A DNA stretch of 64,000 bases, from contig CAZYIX010000002.1 of assembly GCA_964647665.1 (NCBI GenBank), positions 120,722 through 184,721 on the forward strand, given 5' to 3'. A program made the position numbers and the translations under genes. This stretch comes from an uncultured Candidatus Poseidoniales archaeon (GTDB lineage Archaea > Thermoplasmatota > Poseidoniia > Poseidoniales > Thalassarchaeaceae). The notes beneath the pieces are model-generated. The model was not told the DNA's origin. It saw only the letters and a list, made by a program, of their open reading frames with translations, and made no database searches. This document shows positions 38,385-47,764 of the stretch, in pieces. Numbering within the stretch: the stretch's first letter is position 1; the number at the start of each line of letters is the position of its first letter.

Positions 38385-39448
38385 TAAATGGATAACCCTA
38401 GACTAATTTTTCCAGTTTCCTCAACCAACGTCGCGCAACCATGATTTGCATAATCCACCTCATTCCATATTGCTCCTTCTGGAGTAAAAACACTGTATTG
38501 CAAGCCAAGCGCATCGAACCAAATGCTCAACGGCGCAACTGCAGTGCTGCTAGAATCTACAACATTCCATGAATGCGAAGCAACAATCTCTTCCTCTGAG
38601 AATGGGCACATTGGGGTGATGTCATTCAATTCCTCACCAAGTTCGAACATTTGGCGAAGGTCGGCCATCTTAGAGGGTGTATGATTTGTCAAAGGGGAGC
38701 CTTCGATGGCGACCCATTCAGCCGGCTGTTGAATGACAATTGGCTCTGAAACCGGAATGAAAGTGGAGGTGAGATTAATGTCAGGACGGGTATTTTCGCT
38801 ACAAAAGAAATTGTCGGGCAGACAACCACGGGTGTTGCGGGCATTGTCCAGTAACTCTTCAATCAATAGCCAAGGTCCGGTTTTACTCTCCATATTTCCA
38901 TCAATTGTCGTGAAAGAAGCGCTATGACGATTTGAAGGGTTCCACCTCGGTGGATTATGGGTGACGAATAGTTCCAAATTTGCTGATGCAGCGCCAGCAT
39001 CCCAATCTATCGATAGCCATTCTCTTGAGACCAGAGCGTCATTCTGATATTCCATCAAGTGAGTAATGCTGAGTTCTCCTTCAACTCTACCTTGCTGATT
39101 TGCATCATTGATGAGATCAGTAATGACCACGCTGCCATTCAGATGTATTCCAATGGGTGAAGATTGGCAGTACGGGCATTCAGCGCTGATTACTGAGCGA
39201 GATTCCATATCGATTGTCGCCAACGCTTCACGATTGAACTCCTCAAGCCCGAGTACATCCATTGATGCGCGAGTAGAGAGGATAATGGTTCCAGAAATGT
39301 GTGATACTTCAAGTTCGGGCTCAGGGTCTTGTTCAGGTTGTATACCAATGACGATTGTTGCTGCTACCACCATGGCGAGAACAGCCCACTCAACCATGGA
39401 TGCGGTCTGACCTTCAGTTGTGTCCACAATATCGGGACAAAGTCGCAA
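38381..39448 (-). CDS. Hypothetical exported protein (355 aa) co-transcribed with the giant surface protein
   Basis: Stop/start overlap ATGA with the 33246-38384 gene. N-terminal TM 'WAVLAMVVAATIVIGI'. Confidence 0.4.
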   Translation of the reverse strand: MRLCPDIVDTTEGQTASMVEWAVLAMVVAATIVIGIQPEQDPEPELEVSHISGTIILSTRASMDVLGLEEFNREALATIDMESRSVISAECPYCQSSPIGIHLNGSVVITDLINDANQQGRVEGELSITHLMEYQNDALVSREWLSIDWDAGAASANLELFVTHNPPRWNPSNRHSASFTTIDGNMESKTGPWLLIEELLDNARNTRGCLPDNFFCSENTRPDINLTSTFIPVSEPIVIQQPAEWVAIEGSPLTNHTPSKMADLRQMFELGEELNDITPMCPFSEEEIVASHSWNVVDSSSTAVAPLSIWFDALGLQYSVFTPEGAIWNEVDYANHGCATLVEETGKISLGLSIY

Positions 39449-39482
39449 TTGAAGGTGTTTCCCGCTGATTTGCTGCTGCGGC

Positions 39483-39959
39483 TCAGATGTCGAAGATTAC
39501 TCTGCAAAGCCAACCCGGGCCTTCGATGTCTGGAATGCCCTCAGCATAGCCGTGAACGGTCTCTCCGGCGGGAATCTCTGTGATGTCTAGGTCATGACGG
39601 GTGATTGCCTTCACCTCGACCTCACGCTCAACGAGGTCAGCATCAACCCACTCGACCTGTGCTGAAAGTTGGCCCTCACCGATTGCAACTATACTATCGA
39701 CGAGGAATCTTCCCTCAACCTCTGCTTGGTAGAGAACTTCTTCCAACCATCGAACAAGCGATAGGTCAGGTCTGTCACTGCCTATGTCAATAGTCCATTG
39801 GCTAGATTGACGCTGATGGCAATCGATGACACTCTCTGCAGAATCCGAAACCAGCACGCCTTGCAATCCATCAGCGGCTGTAGAGAAAAGTGCGGCTGGC
39901 GACGGCGCAAAAGCGACGATACCGATATCGGCAGTTGTCGGAATAATCCACCAAGTCAT
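39483..39959 (-). CDS. Archease (RtcB tRNA-ligase activator)
   Basis: 'IPTTADIGIVAF...' N-terminus and C-terminal 'EVKAITRHDLDITE...WLCRVIFDI' match the archease family pattern. Confidence 0.7.
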   Translation of the reverse strand: MTWWIIPTTADIGIVAFAPSPAALFSTAADGLQGVLVSDSAESVIDCHQRQSSQWTIDIGSDRPDLSLVRWLEEVLYQAEVEGRFLVDSIVAIGEGQLSAQVEWVDADLVEREVEVKAITRHDLDITEIPAGETVHGYAEGIPDIEGPGWLCRVIFDI

Positions 39960-39977
39960 GCCATCCCTCTTTCGGGC

Positions 39978-41042
39978 TCAGCGGTCGGAGATTTGCATTG
40001 CCCATGCCCGCTCGTCTAGACTTGCGCTCAAGGCTCTGCGGTCAAGCACTTCTTGGCCTTTCTCTGCTTTGAGAATGCACTCACAGGCAACGTGGGCAAG
40101 CCGTGCAGCGTCAGATAGGTCTGCTCCCTGACTGAGTGCTGCAGCTAGCGCTGCGGCGGCAGCATCGTGAAGTCCAATCATCTGACGAGCATCATCAAGT
40201 GTGCAAGGAACGTGTTCAGTCTCTCCTGACGCCCGATACATCCACAGGCCGTGTCTGCCACCAAGAACGGTCAAGGATTCCCAAGAATAACTCTCTATCA
40301 GGTGCTGTGCAGTTTCTTCATCTGTCTCATGACCAAGTCTGCGCCGTGTCAATTCAAGTCCCCTCATCTCGAACAGCACTGTCGTCGCTCCTGTGGTTCG
40401 GTTCAAACCAGTGAGTTTTGGGTCACAGATGACTGGAATTCCATGCGATTTCGCCGCTTCGATGAGCAGCGCCGCGCTTTCATCAGAAACCGCACCCTTA
40501 TTGTAGTCAGAAAGAACCAGTGCGCCTGCCTTGGAGAGGGTGGCAAGTGCAGCCTTAGTAACCTGATTAGTCACTGATTCCGGCATTTCATCTTGCGGCT
40601 CATCATCGACTTGCAAAAGCAGTTGGCTACGATCGACCACACTCTCTCTCGCACCGTACACTCTGGTCTTCACAACAGTGTGCCGTCCAGCGGCTAGTTT
40701 CAACCCGGAGGTATCGACACCAGACTCCCTGAGTAGAGCATCGACTGTACGACCAGCGTCATCCGAGCCAATAATAGCAAAAATACTCGGTTCTAGGCCA
40801 AGAGAAGACAGGCCCATGGCTACGTGAGCTGCTGCACCTGCTGACTCATCAGTATGGGTAACTTTGACAACAGGAACTGGAGCGACAGCATTGAGCCTAT
40901 TCGCCCAACCGTGGACGTACCTATCAAGAATAACGTCACCGACGAGGGTGATTTTTTCCGAGGGTAGATTGTCGACAAGAACGCGAAGCCGCTTAAGTCG
41001 ATTAACTTCCTCTTGCACAACTTCGTCGAGCACCCAAGCCAT
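39978..41042 (-). CDS. PfkB-family sugar kinase, RfaE/HldE domain-I-like (heptose-7-phosphate kinase-like)
   Basis: 'ITLVGDVILDRYVHGWANRLNAVAPVPVVKV...ESAGAAAHVAMGLSSLG' resembles the RfaE kinase N-terminus 'vGDvmLDrY..G...R.SPEAPVPVv'. Confidence 0.55.
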   Translation of the reverse strand: MAWVLDEVVQEEVNRLKRLRVLVDNLPSEKITLVGDVILDRYVHGWANRLNAVAPVPVVKVTHTDESAGAAAHVAMGLSSLGLEPSIFAIIGSDDAGRTVDALLRESGVDTSGLKLAAGRHTVVKTRVYGARESVVDRSQLLLQVDDEPQDEMPESVTNQVTKAALATLSKAGALVLSDYNKGAVSDESAALLIEAAKSHGIPVICDPKLTGLNRTTGATTVLFEMRGLELTRRRLGHETDEETAQHLIESYSWESLTVLGGRHGLWMYRASGETEHVPCTLDDARQMIGLHDAAAAALAAALSQGADLSDAARLAHVACECILKAEKGQEVLDRRALSASLDERAWAMQISDR

Positions 41043-41070
41043 GTTACTCGGACCTCGCGAGAGGATGGGT

Positions 41071-42078
41071 CTAATTCAACTTGGCCCGTACCGCACCCGT
41101 AATGGTACGGTGCTCTGCCGAGGTAATCTGCAGTGATTCGCGAAGACTTTGCAGCATATTGTCCTCATCAGTACTAATCTGCCCATCTTCCCAAGCGGCT
41201 TCCATAGCCGCGCAATATGCCTTCAAGCGATCATCCATCTGGTCGCATACCCAATCCATCTGTACATCTCGAGATGATTCGAGGTCCAGCATCCCCGCCA
41301 ATGAGTCAAGCATGGCCTGTTCATTGTCATCAACTTCTCCGTCTTGCCATGCGACTTCTAGCATTGTACGATACAAGGACTCGCCACCCGAAGCAAGGCT
41401 GGCAGCAGCTTCTTCACGCACCTGCTTGTCCAGTCCTTCAACCTCGTCTGGCTCCAATCCAAGGTACAATGCCATGTCGTCGAGCATTGCTTGCTCATCG
41501 ACAGTCACCACACCATCTAACCATGCGGTACGGGCAATATTCTCATAGATGCCAAGACGATTCTCCAGTGGGATGTCGCTGCTATCTACGGCTGCATCCT
41601 CGGTGTCCATAGGCTCGTCACCTGATTCGTCGTAGCGCCCTTGCTCATCGATTCTGCTGAGAATCTCTAACATTGAGTTCTCATGATTATGCAGAGTTGC
41701 AACCGTTCGAGATTCTCCTTCGATTGTCACGTCGCGCTCGTGCAATTGCTCAACAAGTGGACGAGCTGCATCTCTGCCTGGCGTTGTCAAGCCATAGACT
41801 CGGCAGCGCTGCTTGGCGCCTTGCACATGCCGAGTCTCCTCAATCAGGTAATTCTTCTCTCGAAGTTTCTTGAGAGTTCTGGGCAAATGCTTGCGGGCAA
41901 TACCTACTGCATCCGAAACGCCGGACTGGGTTAATTCAGGTCTGCCCTCCCACTGATTATCTCCCATCGGAGTATCCCAAAGGTGGAGCAGTACTCGCTG
42001 TTCAACCGTAAGTGTGGAAACCATGCCATCACTCATCTTCCCCTCTCCTGTATGCCGGATGACCGGGCGGTTATTCAA
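41071..42078 (-). CDS. Winged-helix DNA-binding protein fused to three TerB-like repeats
   Basis: N-terminal 'LTVEQRVLLHLWD...GVSDAVGIARKHLPRTLKKLREKNYLIEE' wHTH. Three ~35-aa repeats '(A/T)AWxDG(x)(V/I)xxxEqaMLdxl...' (e.g. 'AAMEAAWEDGQISTDEDNMLQSLRESL'). Confidence 0.5.
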   Translation of the reverse strand: MNNRPVIRHTGEGKMSDGMVSTLTVEQRVLLHLWDTPMGDNQWEGRPELTQSGVSDAVGIARKHLPRTLKKLREKNYLIEETRHVQGAKQRCRVYGLTTPGRDAARPLVEQLHERDVTIEGESRTVATLHNHENSMLEILSRIDEQGRYDESGDEPMDTEDAAVDSSDIPLENRLGIYENIARTAWLDGVVTVDEQAMLDDMALYLGLEPDEVEGLDKQVREEAAASLASGGESLYRTMLEVAWQDGEVDDNEQAMLDSLAGMLDLESSRDVQMDWVCDQMDDRLKAYCAAMEAAWEDGQISTDEDNMLQSLRESLQITSAEHRTITGAVRAKLN

Positions 42079-42089
42079 TTACCTTCGTA

Positions 42090-43247
42090 ATGGGGATAAT
42101 GCGCAGAATCAAGGCTTGTACGCGTGACCGGCTGTGCATGGGGGCGCCACCGGGAGGAACACGCCTTCCGATTCCTGTCGAGCGACCGGAAGGATGGGCT
42201 GCACTAGGCGGAAGTGCAAATCGTCTGTGGGATAGAGGTGCATTTGGCAGGCCGATTAGAGGCGGAATTCTGCTGACTCCAGCGGAATTGCTCAATGCTC
42301 ATCGACTGCGTGGCTTACCATTGCCATCAGAAAATTGGCTGGCAGAGGAATTGCAGAAAGACGGTGATATTCTGCTAGAGGCCGAGATTCTAGATGCGCT
42401 GCGATACCCAGGTGAAAAAGTGGTGCTTGTATGCAATCTCATTGCGGTCACATCGGTGGTGCTCCACCAGTCATCGTGGGCACTACGTTGGCTACGCTCA
42501 GACAAACCATCACAGGATGAACCTACGGCTGAATTACGATGGATGAAGGCCGGTGATTCCATTGATTGGGCCGAATTATCTGAATGGGCTGCTCATGTGG
42601 AAGGAGGCGGCAGAATCCCTGAGATTCTGGTGATTGATGATGAGCATGGTGTAGTGACATATCGAGTACACCACCATGACCCAAGCGGCGAATTCCTAGA
42701 CCCCTTCTCACAGTTAGGCAATGCAGAGAGACGCGCTGTCGCTCATGCTTGGGCAGCATCGACAAAGTCATCTGGTGGGAATTGGCTACCGATCAGTTCA
42801 GATGATTGGCCGATTCCTTCGCTAGGATTAGATTTGTCCGGTGGCATCTGGCTCGATGAATATCAATCGCGAAGTATCAGCAAAATCGTCAATCCTAGCA
42901 TGCCTACTCCAGAGGGAGAATTGGGCGTGGTTTTGGCAGCATTTGAGGACCTGCTTGAACGCGGTCTCTTGGTTCGCCCAGCCTTCAAGTATGGCACTAG
43001 ATGGAGGGCGTATGCAGGTGCTATAGATGAAGGTCATGCGCCTTGGCTAATTGTCACGATGAGCGAGGCTCCACCCAACTGGGCTCATGCTTGTCTAAGC
43101 GCCCGACTGGCTGCGGGGGTCAACAAAACCTGGCTATGCTCAATACCGCCGGGAGTGGGGGGTTCTGGCGGTAAGCGAGGATTCACTTACTTAGCATTGG
43201 AGAGGCCTCCAGCAGATGCAAGATGGGCCAGCCCGACTCGGCACTAA
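42090..43247 (+). CDS. endA: tRNA-splicing (intron) endonuclease EndA-like, two-unit fused form
   Basis: C-terminal 'RGLLVRPAFKYGTRWRAYAGAIDEGHAPWLIVTM...RLAAGVNKTWL' fits the EndA catalytic motif (GxKFGxDFxxY...H...lv...K) with Tyr/His/Lys triad candidates. At 385 aa it is longer than characterised fused EndA. Confidence 0.5.
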   Translation: MGIMRRIKACTRDRLCMGAPPGGTRLPIPVERPEGWAALGGSANRLWDRGAFGRPIRGGILLTPAELLNAHRLRGLPLPSENWLAEELQKDGDILLEAEILDALRYPGEKVVLVCNLIAVTSVVLHQSSWALRWLRSDKPSQDEPTAELRWMKAGDSIDWAELSEWAAHVEGGGRIPEILVIDDEHGVVTYRVHHHDPSGEFLDPFSQLGNAERRAVAHAWAASTKSSGGNWLPISSDDWPIPSLGLDLSGGIWLDEYQSRSISKIVNPSMPTPEGELGVVLAAFEDLLERGLLVRPAFKYGTRWRAYAGAIDEGHAPWLIVTMSEAPPNWAHACLSARLAAGVNKTWLCSIPPGVGGSGGKRGFTYLALERPPADARWASPTRH

Positions 43248-43257
43248 GCTCGATTAT

Positions 43258-45438
43258 TCAGATGAGATCTTTGAAACTCGGCAATTCGTCATCTTCGCTT
43301 GTCACCCCACCACCTACCCGGTTAATCGGTGCTGTTGAGTCTCGGTTTGACAAAGCTATACCGATGTCGAACGAGGTGTCTGGACCTCTGTTGCTCGGAC
43401 CTTGCTGTGTGGCTTGTCGAATTCGCATCGCATCCCTTGGCGGCTTCTTGCGCCTGATGCCCATCAGAACCCATAGAGCGAGAAGCACGGAAATCAATTG
43501 GATATTATTCTCCGGTTCAGTGAGCCATAATATCCAAGCAGCAGCACCATCGGGTGGCTCAGCCTGCAGCGATATCTCCTGTTCACCTGCTAGCCCATCC
43601 TCATCATAGAGTTGGATACTACCTTTGGCAATCATTCCTGGACTGAGCAGTCCCTCAGGATTAATCTCGATTACTATCGATGAACCCGGTCCAAGGTTCT
43701 GTCTCACCTCGGTACTGGCAATCCGTGCCAATGGCCCCTCGATGATTACATCATACTCACGAAACTCATCTCCATCAAATTGCAATGGTACCACGACGCT
43801 AGATGGCTCAGAGACCGGGATATTAGCCTCAAAGATTCCTGAGATGAGTCTGTTCTCGACTACTGACCATGGAATCGCCACATCAATCGCTGTACTCTGT
43901 CCACAGCCAACCGTGCCGTTGACTATGCCCTGTGTTCCTGCAATGGCATCCTCAACGAATGATAAGTCGAAGACTGCAACATCTCCGGGACTCAAATTGT
44001 ATGCGGACTGCAGAGAAATTACCCGGCCATCGCTTGAACTAACCATTGACCAAGGCATACAGGTGTCGCGTGCTGTGAACTGCAAGGGTATCGACTCGCC
44101 TTCTAGAAGTCGTAGAGGGCCGGGGGGAGGTAGCACTTCTGCATCTCCAACACCCGGTGAACTGATTTTGATTGTTGCACTGCTGCTATTGACTGAATTA
44201 ACCTCAACAAGCCAGTTCACCAACCGCCCGCGAGAATCTCTAATCTGAATGCCGTCAGAGCCAAACTTCTGCCCTGCATGGAATACATCACCTGAACTGC
44301 CCTCATCTACTCCACGAGTCAATCCACCATCGCCGTCGGCTTCGATTATTTTCGTCCAAGCATAATCTGGGTCACGATTCACCTCATTATCACTGATGTC
44401 GCCGACGTTGATGTTCTGTTGGCTAACCAATAACCCATGCCCGGGAATCTCCTTGTCAAAGCCTGAATCCACCCGGAGTTCCAGCCATACATACTCACCC
44501 GGTGCAATCTGAATGCGGACTGTGCCAGAAGTCGAGACGTGTGGCATTATCACGTAGGTCTGATTCTCAGGGCCCGAGCCTCCAATAGAGAGGTCGATTG
44601 GCTCTAGCGCACCGATGAGTTCCAGTGTAGGTGAAGTGGGAAGAGCGGGAATCCGTCCATTTCCATTCCAATTTCCGCTCGCCATGATATCCCAATCGCC
44701 AAGTCCGTTCCATTCGGAAGTTGGTGCCGCACTGTGAACATCGTAAAGGTCCACAGCGCCAGTCATATGCAACATCTCGTGGATGATGGTGCCAAGGCCT
44801 GAATCGAAAGATGCCATCGTGTAGTGACCAACTTCCACCCCAGCAACCGTAAATGGCGTGTTGAGTGGACCGTAGTGACTCCAGATTGCATCTGTGCCGC
44901 CACCATCTTCCTGAGCATCACCAGTGTGGATAATCAGCAGGCGGTCAATCCAACCATCCCCATCAAGATCGTATTCAGATATGTCACCGCCGCTGAAAAC
45001 AGCAATCATCGCTTCCTCTGCTAGGCCAGCCGGACCCCCACTTGCACTGGTTCCAGCATCTCTCCTACCATCTGAGTCCATTCCATAACTCTCAGAGGCA
45101 TAGGAAGCGGTGTATATTTCGGGATAAACATCTGCAATCAGGGTTGAGCGGTGAGCTGAAATTTCTGCAAAATAACTCTTTGCTGAATTTTCACCGGTCA
45201 GCATTACACTGGCACGTTCAACGTCTCTACCCGGCCCGGCAGCTTGGTCTGGAAACTCCACAACAAGGACCAGCCAACGCTCCTCGTCTTGCATGGTAAC
45301 TATTGGCGAATCTTCACTGACTACTACGGTCTGCTGTATTTTCCCAAAGATGGGTTCGTAGATTTCAGGACTAGCTGCAAGCCATTGTCCTAGAAGGATA
45401 ATGCCGACGGCAAGCCCAACTCGCAGCAGCCTGTGCAT
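43258..45438 (-). CDS. Secreted M6-like (immune inhibitor A-type) zinc metalloprotease with C-terminal TM anchor
   Basis: HEXXH 'IIHEMLHMTGAVDLYD'. Signal peptide from the internal Met 'MHRLLRVGLAVGIILLGQWLAA'; the ORF track starts at 45507. C-terminal 'ISVLLALWVLMGIRRKK' anchor. Confidence 0.5.
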   Translation of the reverse strand: MHRLLRVGLAVGIILLGQWLAASPEIYEPIFGKIQQTVVVSEDSPIVTMQDEERWLVLVVEFPDQAAGPGRDVERASVMLTGENSAKSYFAEISAHRSTLIADVYPEIYTASYASESYGMDSDGRRDAGTSASGGPAGLAEEAMIAVFSGGDISEYDLDGDGWIDRLLIIHTGDAQEDGGGTDAIWSHYGPLNTPFTVAGVEVGHYTMASFDSGLGTIIHEMLHMTGAVDLYDVHSAAPTSEWNGLGDWDIMASGNWNGNGRIPALPTSPTLELIGALEPIDLSIGGSGPENQTYVIMPHVSTSGTVRIQIAPGEYVWLELRVDSGFDKEIPGHGLLVSQQNINVGDISDNEVNRDPDYAWTKIIEADGDGGLTRGVDEGSSGDVFHAGQKFGSDGIQIRDSRGRLVNWLVEVNSVNSSSATIKISSPGVGDAEVLPPPGPLRLLEGESIPLQFTARDTCMPWSMVSSSDGRVISLQSAYNLSPGDVAVFDLSFVEDAIAGTQGIVNGTVGCGQSTAIDVAIPWSVVENRLISGIFEANIPVSEPSSVVVPLQFDGDEFREYDVIIEGPLARIASTEVRQNLGPGSSIVIEINPEGLLSPGMIAKGSIQLYDEDGLAGEQEISLQAEPPDGAAAWILWLTEPENNIQLISVLLALWVLMGIRRKKPPRDAMRIRQATQQGPSNRGPDTSFDIGIALSNRDSTAPINRVGGGVTSEDDELPSFKDLI

Positions 45439-45494
45439 GGGTTGACCCGTTACCTGCTTCTGCTTGAAGCCCTCGGCCTCAGGAGTGGCTAAAA

Positions 45495-46631
45495 TCACAC
45501 CTTCCACGGGGTTGCAGTGTGCCGCAGTTCATCTTGTCTGGTGGCACATGTATCCGAGTTTGCTTCAAGTGGTAAATCGTGCCTATCAAGCCAGCCCAAT
45601 CCGCGTAATTCGCAATTCATTGTGGTCAAACCTTCTCGCAAATCAATTGGTAGAGGGGAACCTTCGCATCCGCTGATGAAAAGGTCTGTCACATTATTTC
45701 GAATCACTGTATCGAGTAGGGCGTCTTGTTCAGCGGCTGAGAGACACAAAGCTTGAGCCTCCACCCAGCCAACCGAGTCGGGTGCTTCGTCGCGCAACGC
45801 TCGGGGGCAAGCGCCGTCACATGAGCACATCGCAAACATTGAACGGCGCACCTCACCTTTGTCATCGAAAACCCGCAGCGGACGGCGCTGCGCATTACCG
45901 AGCCTTGGCACCGGTACTCTACGCGATGTGTATTCAGACACTGCAACAGCGATAATTGCCAATGCTAGCCAGTTTCCGGAGAGAACTTCGGGTGAAGTGA
46001 GCCACCAGAAGAAGAGCATCGCCACATGTACGCGAATTCGCAAGGGGTCAAACGGCTCTGTTTCAGTAAGAGAATACATCCTTGCCAACGACAGTGCAAG
46101 AGAAGCGAGCAATACTAGAATCATCCACCAAGACAGACCAAGTGCAACATCGAAAATCAACTTGGCATCATAATGCAGCCCAACACCCGCAAACGCGGCT
46201 GAGTCCGACGCCCATTTCACGAGGAAGGAGTAGCCCCAAAACCACCACAGGCATAGTAGCAAGATTGTGGAAATAGTGCCGATTGAGACAAAACTGCGCA
46301 ACCAGCGTCTCTCGGATGGGAGTAATCCTGTGTCGGCGAAGCGAATGCTCTGATGCCCGAGCACAGGAAGTGCTGTCACCAATGCAAGCAGTCCAATCAT
46401 TGACCAGCGTGTACGCATCCATCCATGTGGGTCAAACACAGTGAGTGAGCCCTCGCCTGCACCAAGAGAAAGTGTCGAAACCCACATGCGCAAAATCTGG
46501 TCTGCCGCAACCCACCAGAACACTGTGGAAACAACGATTACCAGTAGTACAACGTAGCCCCTATCCCTCAACTCCTGCATATGCAAGGACAAACCGGAAT
46601 TCCAATCGGATGCCAGTCGTAGAGACATCAT
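45495..46631 (-). CDS. tatC: Sec-independent (twin-arginine) translocase TatC-like protein with a Cys-rich C-terminal extension
   Basis: Six TM helices. N-terminal 'LHMQELRDRGYVVLLVIVV' resembles TatC 'HLEELRkRL'. 'LTSPEVLSGNWLALAII' resembles the conserved TatC 'LTPPDVISQ' motif. About 110 extra C-terminal residues with 7 Cys. Confidence 0.5.
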   Translation of the reverse strand: MMSLRLASDWNSGLSLHMQELRDRGYVVLLVIVVSTVFWWVAADQILRMWVSTLSLGAGEGSLTVFDPHGWMRTRWSMIGLLALVTALPVLGHQSIRFADTGLLPSERRWLRSFVSIGTISTILLLCLWWFWGYSFLVKWASDSAAFAGVGLHYDAKLIFDVALGLSWWMILVLLASLALSLARMYSLTETEPFDPLRIRVHVAMLFFWWLTSPEVLSGNWLALAIIAVAVSEYTSRRVPVPRLGNAQRRPLRVFDDKGEVRRSMFAMCSCDGACPRALRDEAPDSVGWVEAQALCLSAAEQDALLDTVIRNNVTDLFISGCEGSPLPIDLREGLTTMNCELRGLGWLDRHDLPLEANSDTCATRQDELRHTATPWKV

Positions 46632-46679
46632 GTGCAGGGAATCGAATCTCCCTCATCTGCATGCCGATGGCAGCGCCAC

Positions 46680-47669
46680 CTACATGATGTCGTGAACGCT
46701 TGGTGGTGTTTTGGCAGCCAATACTGTTCGGTACACACCATAGGCAGCCCAGACGCTGCACAACATTGCGGTGGCCCAAAGGTGCTCTCCGGCACCATCT
46801 GCAAGCCATTTCAGACTTAGCAGCCCCAGTCCGATACAGACAACACCTCTCCGGATACCTTGGGGATATGCCAGTTCCTTGGCAAGATGGTCTGGTCCAG
46901 ATTCATGCTTCCTCTCAAGAATCTCCTTCTGCACCACGCCACCAAAGATTAGGGCTACGAGTGTAGTCAGATACCAAGCCATGCCGCCATTCACCACACT
47001 GAGAGATAACTTCCTCTGATTCTCTGCTTCAACCGCATCCGGGTCTTCCTCGACAATGAACAGGCTATCGTAGTCACCAACCGAAATCACCCTAGTGGAT
47101 TGGTCGGTGGAAGCCGTAGTTTGCGAAGGAGAGTTGATGACGAACGTGAGTAGATTCCAGCTATCACCAGCATCAGGAGCACCACTGCCATCAACTGCAT
47201 TACCAGCGAGCCAAAAGGTCACGTTACCCTCATCAGATGAAGGCGCGGTCCAAGTGAATGCCCACTCAGCGGGGTTTGAAGTGGAGTCGTGCGATATAGC
47301 ATTGGAAGTACTAGTGGCTGCACTATCCTCGCCGCTGTCCTTTTCAGGTCTGATATTCTGACCTTCATCCCAAGAAAATACGCCGCTTCCACCACTGGAA
47401 AGCATGAATCCGCCGTCGTGGTTGGCCGAGTGAGATACGCTGAGTGTCAATGCGTACGATGCATTGGCAGCATAGGCGTGAGGTACTCCTGAGATTGAGA
47501 CAATTGTATCTGAGGATGGTACTCCATTGCCATGGCAAGTGCAACCTATCCTAACTACCTCCTCACCATCTTCCATGGTCGGAGGGCCATTGGAGAAGCC
47601 CATCGCAGGAGCAACTGTGAGCAACAATAGCACCAAGCCGATAGTCAATCGAGTCAGGACTCTAGACAT
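46680..47669 (-). CDS. Hypothetical extracellular protein with C-terminal double TM anchor
   Basis: Signal peptide 'LTIGLVLLLLTVAPAMG'. Ser/Thr-rich soluble domain. Two C-terminal hydrophobic helices. Contains 'GCTCHG'. Confidence 0.35.
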   Translation of the reverse strand: MSRVLTRLTIGLVLLLLTVAPAMGFSNGPPTMEDGEEVVRIGCTCHGNGVPSSDTIVSISGVPHAYAANASYALTLSVSHSANHDGGFMLSSGGSGVFSWDEGQNIRPEKDSGEDSAATSTSNAISHDSTSNPAEWAFTWTAPSSDEGNVTFWLAGNAVDGSGAPDAGDSWNLLTFVINSPSQTTASTDQSTRVISVGDYDSLFIVEEDPDAVEAENQRKLSLSVVNGGMAWYLTTLVALIFGGVVQKEILERKHESGPDHLAKELAYPQGIRRGVVCIGLGLLSLKWLADGAGEHLWATAMLCSVWAAYGVYRTVLAAKTPPSVHDIM

Positions 47670-47764
47670 AGGCCACCCTCAGTGTGCTTTCGACCTTAAT
47701 GCCGTCCTTAACCGTTCCCTTATAGGGGTGCGCTCAAAGGACACACCGGCGCCTAGTCGCTTGT

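Noticed and set aside
46680-47669. CTCH as a heme c attachment site
   Set aside because: The spacing is CxCH, not CXXCH. It is kept only as a low-interest note.
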